Below, in pieces: positions 12,116 through 25,519 of a stretch of 64,000 nucleotides of DNA (positions within the stretch are counted from its first letter, which is position 1; every line of letters begins with the position of its first letter). Under the pieces are notes generated by a model. The model was given only the letters and a program-made list of their open reading frames with translations, did no database searches and was not told the DNA's origin. Source of the stretch: Malacoraja senta (taxonomy: Eukaryota); contig CM075986.1 in assembly GCA_038087875.1 (NCBI GenBank), positions 13,578,001-13,642,000 on the forward strand, in the 5' to 3' direction. The position numbers and the translations under genes are program-made.

Positions 12116-13689
12116 ACGCCATTTGTATTCTCCAGGCAACTTGCATACGCATGCTAACACGTGCACGTGCATTCAAAGAATTACAAGGTCTGCCTGCATT
12201 CTGCACTGTCATATTCGGTAACTTTTTTTTTCCTCTTTACTTCCTACCCACCCCTCCATGTCCCTCATCAACTTTAAACTAGCTGTAACTTTTCAATTAA
12301 TTGCAAAGTGCGCATATCTGGAATTGAAGCATAGGCCAACAGGCTGCCAGTAACTGTTGTCTGGAAGTTATTTGAGGATCGCCCCAATGGCTAATTTCTT
12401 ACCAACTATGGGCACCAATTGCATTGCTGACTCACTTGAATAATTCTTTACCTCTATGGGAAACCCTGTGCTTTGATTCAGTCCCTGCGCTGGATTAGAA
12501 GATACTAAAAAATATCCGTTCCGGTGTTGCCATTGGTTAATTTATGGGCATTGCATAAAGATGGCCATGGTTTTTAAACCTCAGCCAAGATAGCATGGAT
12601 GGGAGCACAGCAAAGAGGGTAGATTGCACGACACAGGAAGGCAAAGCATTTTAGCAGCCTGTGTTCAACAGTTAATACGCGTACAAATGCAAAGCAATTA
12701 TGGACCTAATTCCCTGTATTTGATGTTGCTCTATTGAAGTACATTTAAACACTTTATAATTGTATGCTTGCAACGTATTTCTGCTATCCTGCGGAATCTT
12801 CCCCTAAATTATGGTGGGTGTTTGGATGGGCGGGACATGGTGATTTGTTGGAATCTGCATGTTTCGTATTAAAGAAGCAACTCTAATAAAAGGGAGTGTT
12901 GTTGTCATTCTGGTGAATTGGGGAGTAGGAGGAAAGTGAAAGAAATGTGCTACAGTCCCTATCAGTTAGCTTCTCTGAGCCATCAGGGTATTTAACACAC
13001 CACAGGTAGCGAGAATTGAGAAACACTGCTAATCCTGTAATTGAAGTTGAGACCACAGTAAAAGAATCTCAAACTGTTTGCATTGGGGGTGGGGAGAAAC
13101 AGATACAGTACTGCTCTTTTTGCAGTTTATTCTCTGGACTAACATACTTGAGTCAAGGCCCAAGTTGAATTTGAATAGACGGACAATGTCGATTAAATAG
13201 GGTGGATTTAGCAAATGTGGAGTGAATATGAATTACCCTCTCCTATTTGCATCCGCTCCATAAAATAGAGAGTTTACTACAGGATAACAGAGCCTTAACG
13301 CTCTTTTGCAATTTGCTCAATGTAGGTTTTAAAGTCCAATGTCAGTGGATGTGTCTTTTGCTTTTTGTTTCTTCCATTTTAACTGTAGCAGCCCAGAAAT
13401 CAGAATACAGACTTTCCAGATTGACTCGTCTCCCGCCTGTGTTGCAATCCACAATCCTTTCCTAAAAGCTGTTACTGGCGTAATTGTTATTTTGTGCATA
13501 TGAACATAAAATGCATCGTCCAATATGATTTGCATTCTCTATTTGTGAAAGTTTTTCTTGGTGTTTTTTTTAAATATATCAGGCCACGTGAGCTGGAGTG
13601 TCCTCAATAGAAATGTTAATGGTGCTGTGGTAAAGTACAACTTGGCATCTGCATTTAGTATCTCCTTTGGTGGAAGGACCCCAGTGAAA

Positions 13690-14670
13690 GGTTGGCATCA
13701 CTAACATCCTTGGTGATCAAATCTTTTGAGGTTGGTTATGACGCATATCATATCCTGTTTTTGTAAGGACCTGGACCCACCACAATTCACCTATTGCCAC
13801 AACAGATCAATAGGGATGCAATCTCACTGGCTCTCCATTCTACACTAGACTGCATGGACAATAAGAACATGTATTCTTTGTTGTTCATCGACTATAGCCT
13901 GTTGTCCAACACCACCCTCCCCTCCAAGCTTATCAAACTGTGTATAGTTACAAAAAGCTGGAGTAACTCAGCGGGTCAGACAGCAAATCAGGAGAAAAGG
14001 AATAGGTGACATTTCGGTTTGAGATCCTTCCTTAGACAAGAGAACTGTGGTCTCTCTTCATCCATTTATAATTGGATCCTTGGCTGTCTCATTGGCAGAC
14101 CAAATCAGTACGAATTGGTGAAGACACTTCCTGTTCAATAACTATCAGCAAAAGAGCACCTCAAAGCTGTGAGTTCAGTCTCCTGCTCCATTGCTCTATA
14201 CGCACAACTGTGTAGCCGGACATAGTTCCAGCACCATCATTAAGTTAGCCGACAATGCCACCATTATCAGATAAATAATGGAAAGCGAGGAGTTAGAGTT
14301 CTGGAGGGAGATTGACAATCTGTTTGAATGGTGCCAGAACAATATATTTCTCTCAACCTTAGCAAGAACGAGGAGCTGATTGTTGACTTCAGGAGGGGAT
14401 ATCTGGGGATCAACGAAGCTGTCTTCATCGATGGGTCGGTGGTGGAGAGAGTCAACAGCTTCAAGTTCATGGGAAAATATATCTCTTAAGATATCTCCGA
14501 GCCCCAGTACATTGATGCAATCTCAAGGAAAGCTCATCAATGCCGACACTTCCTTAGAAGATTGAGGTCATTCAGTATATCGATGAATACTCTTTGAAAT
14601 TGAAATTCTACACGTGTACAGTAGTAATCACACTGACTGGTTGCAACACAGCCTGTTTCAAAAACTCTGG
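13690..14670 (+). mobile_element. Degenerate Rex1/Babar-like LINE RT, interrupted by a Penelope-derived insert (~13945-14035)
   Basis: DAISLALHSTLD...LLFIDYS...PSKLIKL and later KELIVDFRR-like motifs, with frameshifts. Confidence 0.7.
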
Positions 14671-15729
14671 AAATATCTTTGCTTATTACATTTTCAGGCC
14701 TGTTAAGCTGCAAGTCAGAATTTCATTGTTCCTTTGCCTGTGCATATGGCAATTAACAGGTTTATCATTATCAAAACCAATTTGTGCTCCATCTCTTTGT
14801 ATTAAAACAATTAATTGCAGTATTTCAGGAAAAGTCCAAATGACCAAAATTACTTGGCACATTTCTTCTGCTGAAAAATATTGTATCATCAGAGTCCTCC
14901 TTTTCTAATTTGATGACCTTTCAAGTTTATTATCGTGTACTTCTCTTTTGGTTGAAGTTCTAGTGCCCAATATTGATACCTTCATGCAGTGTACAATTGA
15001 TTTCTACTGTGGAGGAATAATTTCCATCCTGCTCTTGAAAATTGTCGCTTAACTATTATTTTGGAAGAATTTTGAGCCCATTTGTTTGAACTAACTGTAA
15101 CCTTCCAGGCTATAGATATTTAAGAGGATCCTTATTGGTGGCAAAGATGACAATTTTAAGGAAGCGGAAAGCTCACATCGCAATCGACCAATGTATGTCT
15201 CTTTTTGCGATCTTTTTCCGTGGCCTTGCCTCACCCCTCCAGTTCTCTGTAACCAACCGCAACCCAGTACCATAGAATGTCCACCCAGGCCTTCATTCTC
15301 TTTAACTTTGCAGTACTAACAGTCAGATGGTGTTCAGGGGTGATAAGAAAGGATTTCAATGAAAGATCCCCATAACCCTGAATTGCCTAACAGCTTTAGA
15401 GCCATTTAAGTATTTTTAAAACATTGACCACTTTGCGAGAACAATTACAATTTGCACAAAGCAGGATAAATGTCTCAGTATGTTTTTTTATTTTAGGTGA
15501 TTATAGTTCAGAATGATACAGAAAATTATTCCAGATGTTTTAAATTCACCTCTGATGAGAGACGGAGTGTTATTTAATTGATATTAAGCTGTAATGAGAA
15601 CATTGATTATGTATTCATCTCTAGAATGTGAATTTGCATCTCTCTGGCTTGAACATGTGAATGCTGATCCATGTCTTTTGACTGTGTGCACTATGTAATG
15701 GATACCGATGTCTGTGTAGGTAAGTATGT

Positions 15730-16040
15730 GCATATAAATGACACTGGATCTATTGGGAATATCATCAATTACTCCACATCCAACCACATTGACTCTGTGG
15801 CCGAGAAAGCACACCAAGCCTCTACTTCCTCAGATGGTAAAGGAACGTTTCTACAATGACTTACCAATTTCTACAGATGCACCGCAGAAAGCATCTTCTT
15901 GGTTTACCAACTGCTCAGTTTTCCAACTGCAGCTCAGTCCATCATGCAAAGAAGCCACCTCACGTTGTTTGCAACCACCACCGATTGACTCGACTCCATC
16001 TATACTTCACACAACCTCAGAAAAGCGGAATGCCAGAAAA
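15730..16040 (+). mobile_element. Degenerate Rex-like LINE 3' fragment
   Basis: HIDSVAEKAHQ...FY.CT.ES-like remnants. Confidence 0.45.
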
Positions 16041-16253
16041 TAAAAAAGCTTGAAGGATTGGTAAATGGAGGAGCCGAACAGTACAGGATTCCAATATTTG
16101 AAACTCCTCGTAACTAAGTTGAAGTGGAGTGTCGCCAAGAGTCTTGTAAAGCCAGAGGTTTGCAAACTACCTATGGTGCAGTTTGCTCAAGAGTACTTGA
16201 TTTTATTATTGTCCAGATAGTGATTAAAAAGATTTGTTGGTCATGCTACCTGA

Positions 16254-16493
<240 letters not shown>

Positions 16494-16699
16494 TAAAATT
16501 TATCCTCGCTATCTTATTTTACTCAGAAGTTACAGTTCAACTTTCTAAATTACAATTCTTGTTTGTGTAGTTAAGAATGGCAGTTAAGAATGGTTCTTAG
16601 TCTGTTGAAGAAAACCCTGCAGCCTGTGACTCAAACTCATGTACGTGGAACAAGGATCCAAGACCATCATTCACTTACTGATTCACTGTGTCAGCATGT

Positions 16700-18530
16700 C
16701 CACTGTGTTAAGCAATACAAGAGTGAGGGGGACGAGTGAATCGGGCTGGCGGGTGATAGGTGAGACCAGACGAGGAAGGGGATGCAGCAGCTATGTGAAA
16801 GGGAGGGGAGGGTGGAGATAGAGACAGAGGCTGGAAGGTGATGAGAAGGGAAAAAGCTGCAGATTCTGAAATTTGCTGAGTGAGGAAGGTAATGTGGAAC
16901 TAGAAAAGGGGAAAGTAACTGGGTAACAGGGAACTGGAGGATGGTTGAAAAGAACAGAGCTTGAGAGAACCCAGGTGGATAAGAAAAAGAGAGAAAGGAA
17001 CACAATGCATGGGTTACCTGAAATCAGAAAATGCAATATTTATTCCATTGGGTTGTAGACTGCCAGGTGGAAAATGAGGTACTATTCTTCTAGTTTGTAT
17101 TTGGCTTCCAGTGGAGAAGGCTGAGGACTGACAGTTCTGTAAGGGAAGGGGGAATTGAAATGGCATGCAGCCAGAAGTTCAGGATGGCAATGCGGACAGA
17201 GACCAAATACTCGTCAAAGTGGTCACCAAGTCTGTATCTAGCCTCGTGAATGTAGATGAGGCTACATCACAAGCATCATCTGCAATATCCAAAGTTGGCG
17301 GTTGAGCATGTGAATCCTGCTTTACCTGGAAGAGTGGTTAATGTCTTGGATGTGGTGAAAGTGGATAGGTATTGCACCTCCAAAGGTTGCAGGGAAAACT
17401 GGCAGGGGTTGTACACGGAGGAGTGAACTAGGGAGTCAGGGAGTCACAGAGTGTGTAATTCCTGCAGGAAGGGGTGGAGAGGGAAAGGTATGGTTCGTGA
17501 GATCCCATAGCAACTGATGGAAATGATAAAGAATGACGTGCTGGATGTAGAGGCTGATAGGGTGAAAGATAAGGACTAAAGAAACTCTATCGCCATTCTG
17601 TCTGGGTAGAAGAAGCAAGGTGTAAGCAGAAGTCTGGAAATTGGAGGAGATGCAGGTGTGGGCAAAATCAACCACAGTAGAGGGAATGCCATGTTGCCTG
17701 AAAAAGGTTGTCATTTCAGATAATGAAAGACTTGCTGTGAGAACAGATGTAGTGGAGGTGGAGACACTATGAAAAGGTGATGGCTTCACTGGAATTTAGA
17801 GGGATCTTATAGAAACGTAAAATTCTTAAAGGATTGGACAGGCTAGATGCAGGAAAAATGTTCCCGATGTTGGGAGAGTCTGGAGCCAGGGCTCACTGTT
17901 TAAGAATAAGGGGTAGGCCATTTGGGACTGAGATGAGGAAAAATTAGGTCTTCACCCAGAGAGTTGTGAATTCTCTGCCACAGAAGGCAGTTGAGGCCAA
18001 TTCACTGGGTGTTTTCAAGAGAGAGTTTGATTTAGCTCTAAGGGCTAAAGAAATCAAGGGATATGGGGAAAAAGCAAGAACGGGATACTGATTTTAGATG
18101 ATCAGCCATGATCATGCTCGAAGGGCCGAATGGCCTACTGTTTTTCTATGTTTTCTAAAAGTCAGTGTGAGAGGAGGTGTGGTCTAAGTAGCTGTGGGCC
18201 TCAGTGAGTTTATGATAAATATCAGTAGTTACTTTGTCACTTGTGATAGCAACAGAGAGATCAGAAATCATCCAATTGAATTTGAGGCAAGGTGGAAGTT
18301 TGTGGCAGAGTTGATAAAATTGACAGGTTCCACAGAAGATGGGGAGGCAGCACCAATGCAGTGATCAACATAGCATTGAAAGAGTTGGAGAGTGGTGCCA
18401 GAGTAAATTTCAAACAAGGACTGCGAGCACCTCTGGCTACACATTTGATTTGTAGAAAGTGAGAGAAATCAAAAGGGGAGATTATTGTGAGTAAGCACAA
18501 GTTCTGCCAGGTGGATACGTGTTCGAGGAG
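16700..18530 (-). mobile_element. Old Penelope-like element remnant (RT C-terminus to GIY-YIG), split by a CR1 insertion
   Basis: Collinear diverged similarity to 22900-23620; DRVSLVLIFHPISLYIQHVILYHFHQLLWDLT is a PLE linker motif. Confidence 0.7.
17787..18155 (+). mobile_element. CR1 (HER1-like) 3' fragment nested in the old Penelope element
   Basis: gggatcttatagaaacg...gggccgaatggcctac...ttttctatg matches 39500-39900. Confidence 0.88.
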
Positions 18531-19839
18531 ATCTAATCAGGTCTACATTTCAGAAAGAAGCACAATAACAGTTGTGGTGGTGCATCTGTGGACTTAAATG
18601 TCGGACTATTTGTATTTCATGCCAAAATTGCTAGTACGATTGACTGTGAGTGAGGAAATTGTAGCCTCCAGGACGATATCGATGGACTGATTAGTTACGC
18701 ATGAAGTGGTGACAGGTATTAAATCTGAAAAGTGGGAGGTCACACATTTAGGAAGATAAGGAAAGAGCACACATGAAGAATGTCAAGATACTAAGAACTA
18801 TGAAGCAGCAGAGATTTTATGTGCATGTTCCCTATGGCAAGACAAAGTTAATTGGCCATACTTGACTGGCGGAAGCTTAGTCCACAAGGGAAGAGAGCAT
18901 GGACTTTGTACAAGTTGTTTTGTAAATTGTGACTTGTTCAGCACCTTATATATAGGATGTGATTATATTGGACAGGGCAGAGAGGTGACGTGAAACAATG
19001 TTGTTGGGCTGGTAAATTACAGCTTACGGGAAGAGATTGCATAACTGCAGTTATTTCATTTGCAACAAAAAAAATTAGGGGAGGTTTAATTGAGGTGTTA
19101 AAATTGAGAGGTGGAATGAAGCGGAAGAACCCATTTACCTTTGCAGATAGGTCCATAATTAGGGAACTCAGATTTCAGGTAATTGGTAAAAGAAGATGGA
19201 GCATGTGATGAATATTGAGAACTTTTTAATAAAAAATTGTTCCAGTACAAAGTGTCACAACTAGTTAAATGGAATTATTGTAAGTTATGTTAATAATTTA
19301 TTCCTTTGAAATAATATGTTTAATATAGGTGGATACAAATACTTTAAATGAACTGCATTTGCAAGTAATTTTAAACCTATTGTATAAATGCAGCTGGACT
19401 GATTTCATTTCAGTGCAAATATAACTATTCCCTGATATCCCATTCATATTTTATTTCATGTGCTGGCATAAGACAACGGTTGTGGCTCAACATTAGTACA
19501 TGATAAATAATTCATTATTTCAATGCCAATTTTTTTTAACCTATTCATACCTTGGAGGTTCCAATTGACTGACAATTCTCTCGTCAGCATCGAGTATTGT
19601 AGTGACTTTAGACTTTACGCTTTGAATGTGATGGGGAACGTGATTGAGGTGTGCATGTACTGTACACTAACTAGTTGGAAGAATGCACCAACATGGATAT
19701 GGTGCTGATGCTCATTGGGCAAAGTACTGTACCCAGGGGAAACAGCTTTTTGTGGCTTTGTCCCCCAGCAAGTGACCATATCTTCAGGAGGAGAGGGAAG
19801 ATTGTGAAAGGTATTAAAGGAAAGTTGTTAATCAGTTAA

Positions 19840-20049
<210 letters not shown>

Positions 20050-22738
20050 TGAGTGAGGCAAGTGCCAGTTGATTGCCATAGCCGACAAGAGGGAGCTGAT
20101 ACCAGGTATTCAATGTTATCATCACAAAGTGCCCCACTATCAACATCCTGGGGGTTATCGATGACCAGAAACTAGACAAGTTGCATAAAAAAATATTGTG
20201 GCGATAGGAAGAATTCTCCAAGTATGCTGGACTGCTATTTCTTAGCTTCACGTTGCACAATATTAGCCATTTCCTGTTTGTTTATCAAACCCATCTGTCA
20301 CTCTGTATCCTCTTCGTGGCTTGTTTTCCCACATAATGTCTATTCATGTTAGTGACAATACAAGTGGCTGCAAATGCATCAACTAATCAGAAAAACAAAT
20401 CACCTGTTCATCTTTATTTCAAATGCATGATTGAGGACTATTGCTGCATTGACTGTGATTCAAAGGTAGGTCACAAGGTAGATGTTGGGTGGTAAGTGAA
20501 CTGCCTCCGATTTTCTAGATTGAATCTTTGGAATCCTGTACTCATCTATTTCATATATTCTTAAAGACAGTGACCGTTTGTGATAGTCGGCCTTAACCTA
20601 ATGGTTTGGGAAATGTAACAGATCCCTTTGGTGGCAACGCCTATTTCTTGTGATTAAGTAGAAAAATATCTTGCATACTTTAAGCTCCATCCTTGCATAA
20701 TAGATATACAAGCATCTGCATGAACTTTAATGGAATGATTGCATGGTTACAAAGTGGTATTTTGAGTGTCCATTAAGTTGATGCAACTAATTAATGTGGG
20801 CAAACTTGAGTCTCATCAAGGATCACCTGTGGTATCACGACAAGCACGAGCATCATCCTCATTACATTTATTTTCATAGCCATAGCAACAAGAAAAAATG
20901 TAGGCTTTGATAGAACAAAGAAAAGAGATGCCTAACCTTTTATATCATTTCCTCCTCCTTCTGAAGTAAATTATTTGGACAGGCTGCTCTTTTCAGGATC
21001 ATGACTCCTGTTAGTTACGTAACAATAGGCATCTGGTTATGCCCTTCCAATATCGGAGAATGGTTCATTTGAAAAGGCATTATGTTTTGATTTTGTTTTC
21101 CTCTCTTGATTTTTACGTTCTCGGCTCCCACCATTTGCAAAGTATCTTTTCATGCGTATTGAATCATTCTTCTCACGATCTTACATTAGCTCCCCATTCA
21201 GCAAAGTCTCAGTTTACATTTTCATCCTGGCTTCCAAATTTCTTCTAAAACCTGCCTAATTTTCCCCATCCAGCCCTTTCTCTGTAATCAACAAATTCTG
21301 TGTCCTTCCAGGGTCATTGCATTGTACTTCAGGCCACCTTCATTAGTGGCAAGCTTCAGTCATAAGATTCCTATGTCAACCAATTCTGACTCTTGTCCTT
21401 TAAGACACTTGCAATATAACTTTTTGATCAACTTTTTGGTCACCTGTCCTTATTTATTTTTATACGACTTAATATCAAACTTTGTGTTAAAGCTCTGTGA
21501 TGCTTTGCAACCTTGAACATGGATTTAAGATCCAGAAGAATTTACGCAATAAATATCAGTCATTCTTCAGTAAACTTATGCTACTGCAAGATTCGGAGCA
21601 GGATTAAAATTATTTGGTTTTAAAATCTGCTGTTGGGCTAACTGGACTATATTGTTATTACAATGGCTAGATACTGGTCTAAGAAAGCCATGTTAAAACA
21701 TAAGCATGTAAAGGCAGTTACAATTCCAACAGGATAACTTCAGACAGCTCCTCAAACAAGAGATTCCAGACTGGAGTTTATGATCTTGCCAAATTGTATG
21801 CAAGGAACATTCTGCTCTAGGTATTTATTTATTACTTTTGATTTTTTGTCGGCCTCGCAGAGCACAGAAACAGGCACTTTGGGCTGACTTGTCCATGCTG
21901 ACCAAGATGTCTATCCATGCTGTTCCCATTTGCCTATGTTGGGCCCAAATCCCTCTAAACCTTTTCGATCAATGCACCTGCCCAAATGTCTTTTAAACAT
22001 TGTAAGTGCACCTTTGTCTACAAATTCCTCTGACAGATTATTCCATATACATACGCTCCCCGACTTGCATAAGTTAAGTGTCGAGGACCCTTGCATAAGT
22101 CAGTTGTTATGTAAGTAAGAAACAGTAGTCCTACTGCGCATGCGTAAACTCACAGATAATAATGTTGAGGTAAATGTCGATGGACAGCAGCACTCCCTCT
22201 CCACACCCAATGTACATTTGGCACCTCCATACAAGTGTCCATTGCTGTGCTACATGTTTAAGCAGTGAATGATTGCATACCTTTCGGATGTTCAGAGGTA
22301 TCACAACCAGGCCTTCAGGAGACTAAAGTGAAAGAACAAGTAGGACAGGTTATTTAATGTTACGCTCCCCCAGTGCAAGAAATTGTCTGATCTGTATGAA
22401 ATTTTGAAAATACCAGCTCTTTTCAATTTCTATAGTATTTAATCAACATTTTGACTACGAACACACCCTTTTGTATGAAAGTATTTTTGTTAGTCATGCT
22501 TAAACTAAACCACTTGTTCAAATGGGATTCATACTTACCATAGGTATGAAATACTTTGTTAGAACATGAAACTGTGACCTTGAACCAGACCTGATTATAG
22601 TGTTAATTGTTTATTTATGACTGAACAGCCTTCTTATCTAATTCATAATGCCGAATTTTTCTAGGATGGTACAATGATTTATCGTCTGTCTATAGTCTCC
22701 AGATTTTTGAAGAATGAAAGCATATTACATTCTTGGAG

Positions 22739-23627
22739 GTACACAAACATGCTGGAGAAACTCAGTGGGTGCAGCAGCATCTATGGAGCGAAGGAAATGG
22801 GCAACGTTTCGGGCCGAAACCCTTCTTCAGACTGATGAGGGGTGGGGAGAAGAAAGGAAAAAGGCGGAGGAGGAGCCCAAGGGCTGAGGGATGGGAGGAG
22901 ACAGCCCGAGGGCTGAGGAAGGGGAGGAGACAGCAAGGGCTAACAAAATTGGGAGAATTCAATGTTCATGCCCCAGGATGCAGACTCCCCAAGCGGAATA
23001 TGAGGTGCTGTTCCTCCAATTTCCGGTGTTGCTCGCTCTGGCCATGGAGGAGACCCAGGACAGAGAGGTCGGATACGGAATGGGAGGGGGAGTTGAAGTG
23101 CTAAGCCACCGGGAGGTCAGGTTGGTTATTGCGGACCGAGCGGAGGTGTTCGGCGAAACGATCGCCAAGCCTCCACTTGGTCTCACCGATGTAGATCAGC
23201 TGCAATAGATGAGGTTGGAGGAGATGCAGGTGAACCTCTGTCGCACCTGGATCGACTGCTTGGGTCCGTGAATGGAGTCGAGGGGGGAGGTGGGAGGTGA
23301 AGGGACAAGTGTTGCATCTCTTGCGGTTGCAAGGGAAAGTGCCTGGGGAGGGGGTGGTACGGGAGGGAAGGGAAGAATTGACAAGGGAGTTACGGAGGGA
23401 GCGGTCTTTGCGGAAGGCAGACATGGGGGGAGATGGGAAGATGTGGCGAGTGGTGGGGTCATGTTGGAGGTGGCGAAACTGACGGAGGATTACTTGTTGT
23501 ATGTGATGGCTGGTGGGGTGAAAGGTGAGGACTAGGGGGACTCTGCCCTTGTTTCGAGTGGGGGGATGGGGAGAGAGAGCAATGTTGCGGGGTATGGAAG
23601 AGACCCTGGTGCAAGCCTCATCTAAGA
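22739..23627 (-). mobile_element. Penelope-like retroelement (Neptune-type Cys linker plus GIY-YIG endonuclease), 5'-truncated, with pLTR
   Basis: GTFPCNRKRCNTC, IYIGETKWRLGDRFAEHLRS and KLEEQHLIFRLGSL.P.GMN motifs; perfect 15-bp TSD attacattcttggag (22724-22738 / 23628-23642). Confidence 0.92.
22803..22830 (-). ncRNA. Minimal type-I hammerhead-ribozyme-like core in Penelope pLTR
   Basis: CUGAAGA-A-GGGU(UUCG)GCCC-GAAAC-GUU on the element's sense strand; helix I looks only ~2 bp. Confidence 0.6.
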
Positions 23628-24984
23628 ATTACATTCTTGGAGCTTGACTAATGTCAATGCATTTGCTCAGACTAAGATGAACCAACTCTCAGGGCCAAGA
23701 GGAGGGGGAAAAATCTTCATCCAGAAAAGAGGGAATCTTTGGGATTCTGTGCCTAATAGAGTCTTGAAGGCTTCATCACAGGCCACATTCAAGACATATT
23801 TATAGATTTTTTGGATTTTAACGAAATTGTGGAAAATGGGATAAATACAATAAAGTGTAAATGAGGTCAAAGATTATCTTTGGTTTAATTGAATGTCAGA
23901 GCAGTTACAAGGCGCCAAATAGCTCTTTCTTCTATCTGCTTCTATCTCTTATGTTCTTAAATGGAGATGGAGTACAGAGGGTTATCCTGTGAAATTGGGT
24001 GTCTCCGGACATGAAACGCAAAATTGGCAAACAGATTCAGTGATTAGTTGGGAAGGCAAATTGCAACGTTGGCCTTTATTAAACAGGGATTGAATACAAA
24101 AGTTGGAAAGTCTTGCTTGAAATGTATAGGGCATTGGTGAAAAAATATTGAGAGTTCCACATACATCTTTGGTCTATTTGTTTGGGAGGAATGTTCCTGC
24201 ATTGGAGGCATTTCAGAGTAAGTTTATGAGATTGATTGAGTAGTCAAATGGTATTCTATACTGTTTGAAAATGGGGAATCTGCTCTACCACTTAGTTACG
24301 ACCTGTGCCTTAACTTTGCTCTGTATGCCTTTGGTTACCAATATGTTAATTTTATAAATAGAATTTATAGCTATCATTTCTGGAGGAGACTGAAGTGCAT
24401 TGAAATTTATTTTCCCATAGGTTTAGTGAATCTCTGAAATTCTTATTCCCTCCCATCCATTTGTAGTGGAAACCAGATCATTACATGTAATGAAAGTGGA
24501 GATTAATAAATACTTGTAAGATTGAGATATTGAAAGCCATGGGGAATGATCACAGAAGAGTTGAGGCCAGTGTAGGTAAGCCATAATAATATTGAATTGT
24601 GGGACATGCTTGAGGGTTCCAGTGGTCGATACCTGTTTCTGTTTTAAGTTCTTCTGTGACAGGGTCAGCCCCTTGCCTTGCCTTCCTTGAGGAATGCCTT
24701 TTTCTTTGCACGCCCTGCACAAAGTAAATCAGGGTATTATCTTTAGTGCTTGTGGGAGAAAGAAGTTGAAGTATTGAGGTGAGCATCAACCATGGAGTGC
24801 AATGGGCAGAGGGAAGGTGCAGCAGTCAATCAGGGTGGTGGACATTGTGGCAGATTTGCTGTTGGGTGTCAGAGTTTGCAGTCGTCAGCCTCGGTAAAAG
24901 TTAGAATTGTGATTAGATGTTGGGATTGATGATCATTGGGTTGTGAAGAGCATTTGGCATTAACATATGAAGTGAATAGATATT

Positions 24985-25270
24985 AGTTTTTTAGTTTTAC
25001 AGTTATAGCATGGAAACAGTCCCTTCAGTCCGCGCCGACCAGTGATCCCCGCACACTAACGCTAACCTACACACACTAGGGACAAATTTAAATGTCACCT
25101 AGCCAATTAGCCTACAAACCTGTACATCTTTGAAGTGTGGGAGGAAACTGGAGCTTCCACAGAAAACCCACGGGGAAAGCGTACAAACTCCATACCGACA
25201 GCACCCACAGCCAGGATCAAACCCGGGTCTCTGGCGCTGTAAGGCAGCAACTCTACTGCTGCCCCACCTC
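24985..25270 (-). mobile_element. HE1-like tRNA-SINE
   Basis: Same family as 805-1105. Confidence 0.85.
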
Positions 25271-25519
25271 CACAACATGTTTGGGTTTGTCTCTGCATTA
25301 CCTGTCACGTGAGGAGTGGATGAGAAAGTGGGGAACATTATGCTTTTACATACTTTCCGAACAAATATCTATAAATTACTTTATTTCTTCACTTGTCACC
25401 AGTTGTTTCTTTGGTTTTACGATGTGGAGACACTTTCTTCTCAGTGACATTTTATTTTTGGCTATTTCACTGACCTGTGCAGTAACAATTGTTGACATCA
25501 CCAACTACGTAATGCATAT

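Noticed and set aside
22050-22420. Tigger/mariner-like remnant
   Set aside because: Only a vague TIR resemblance; no matching opposite end identified
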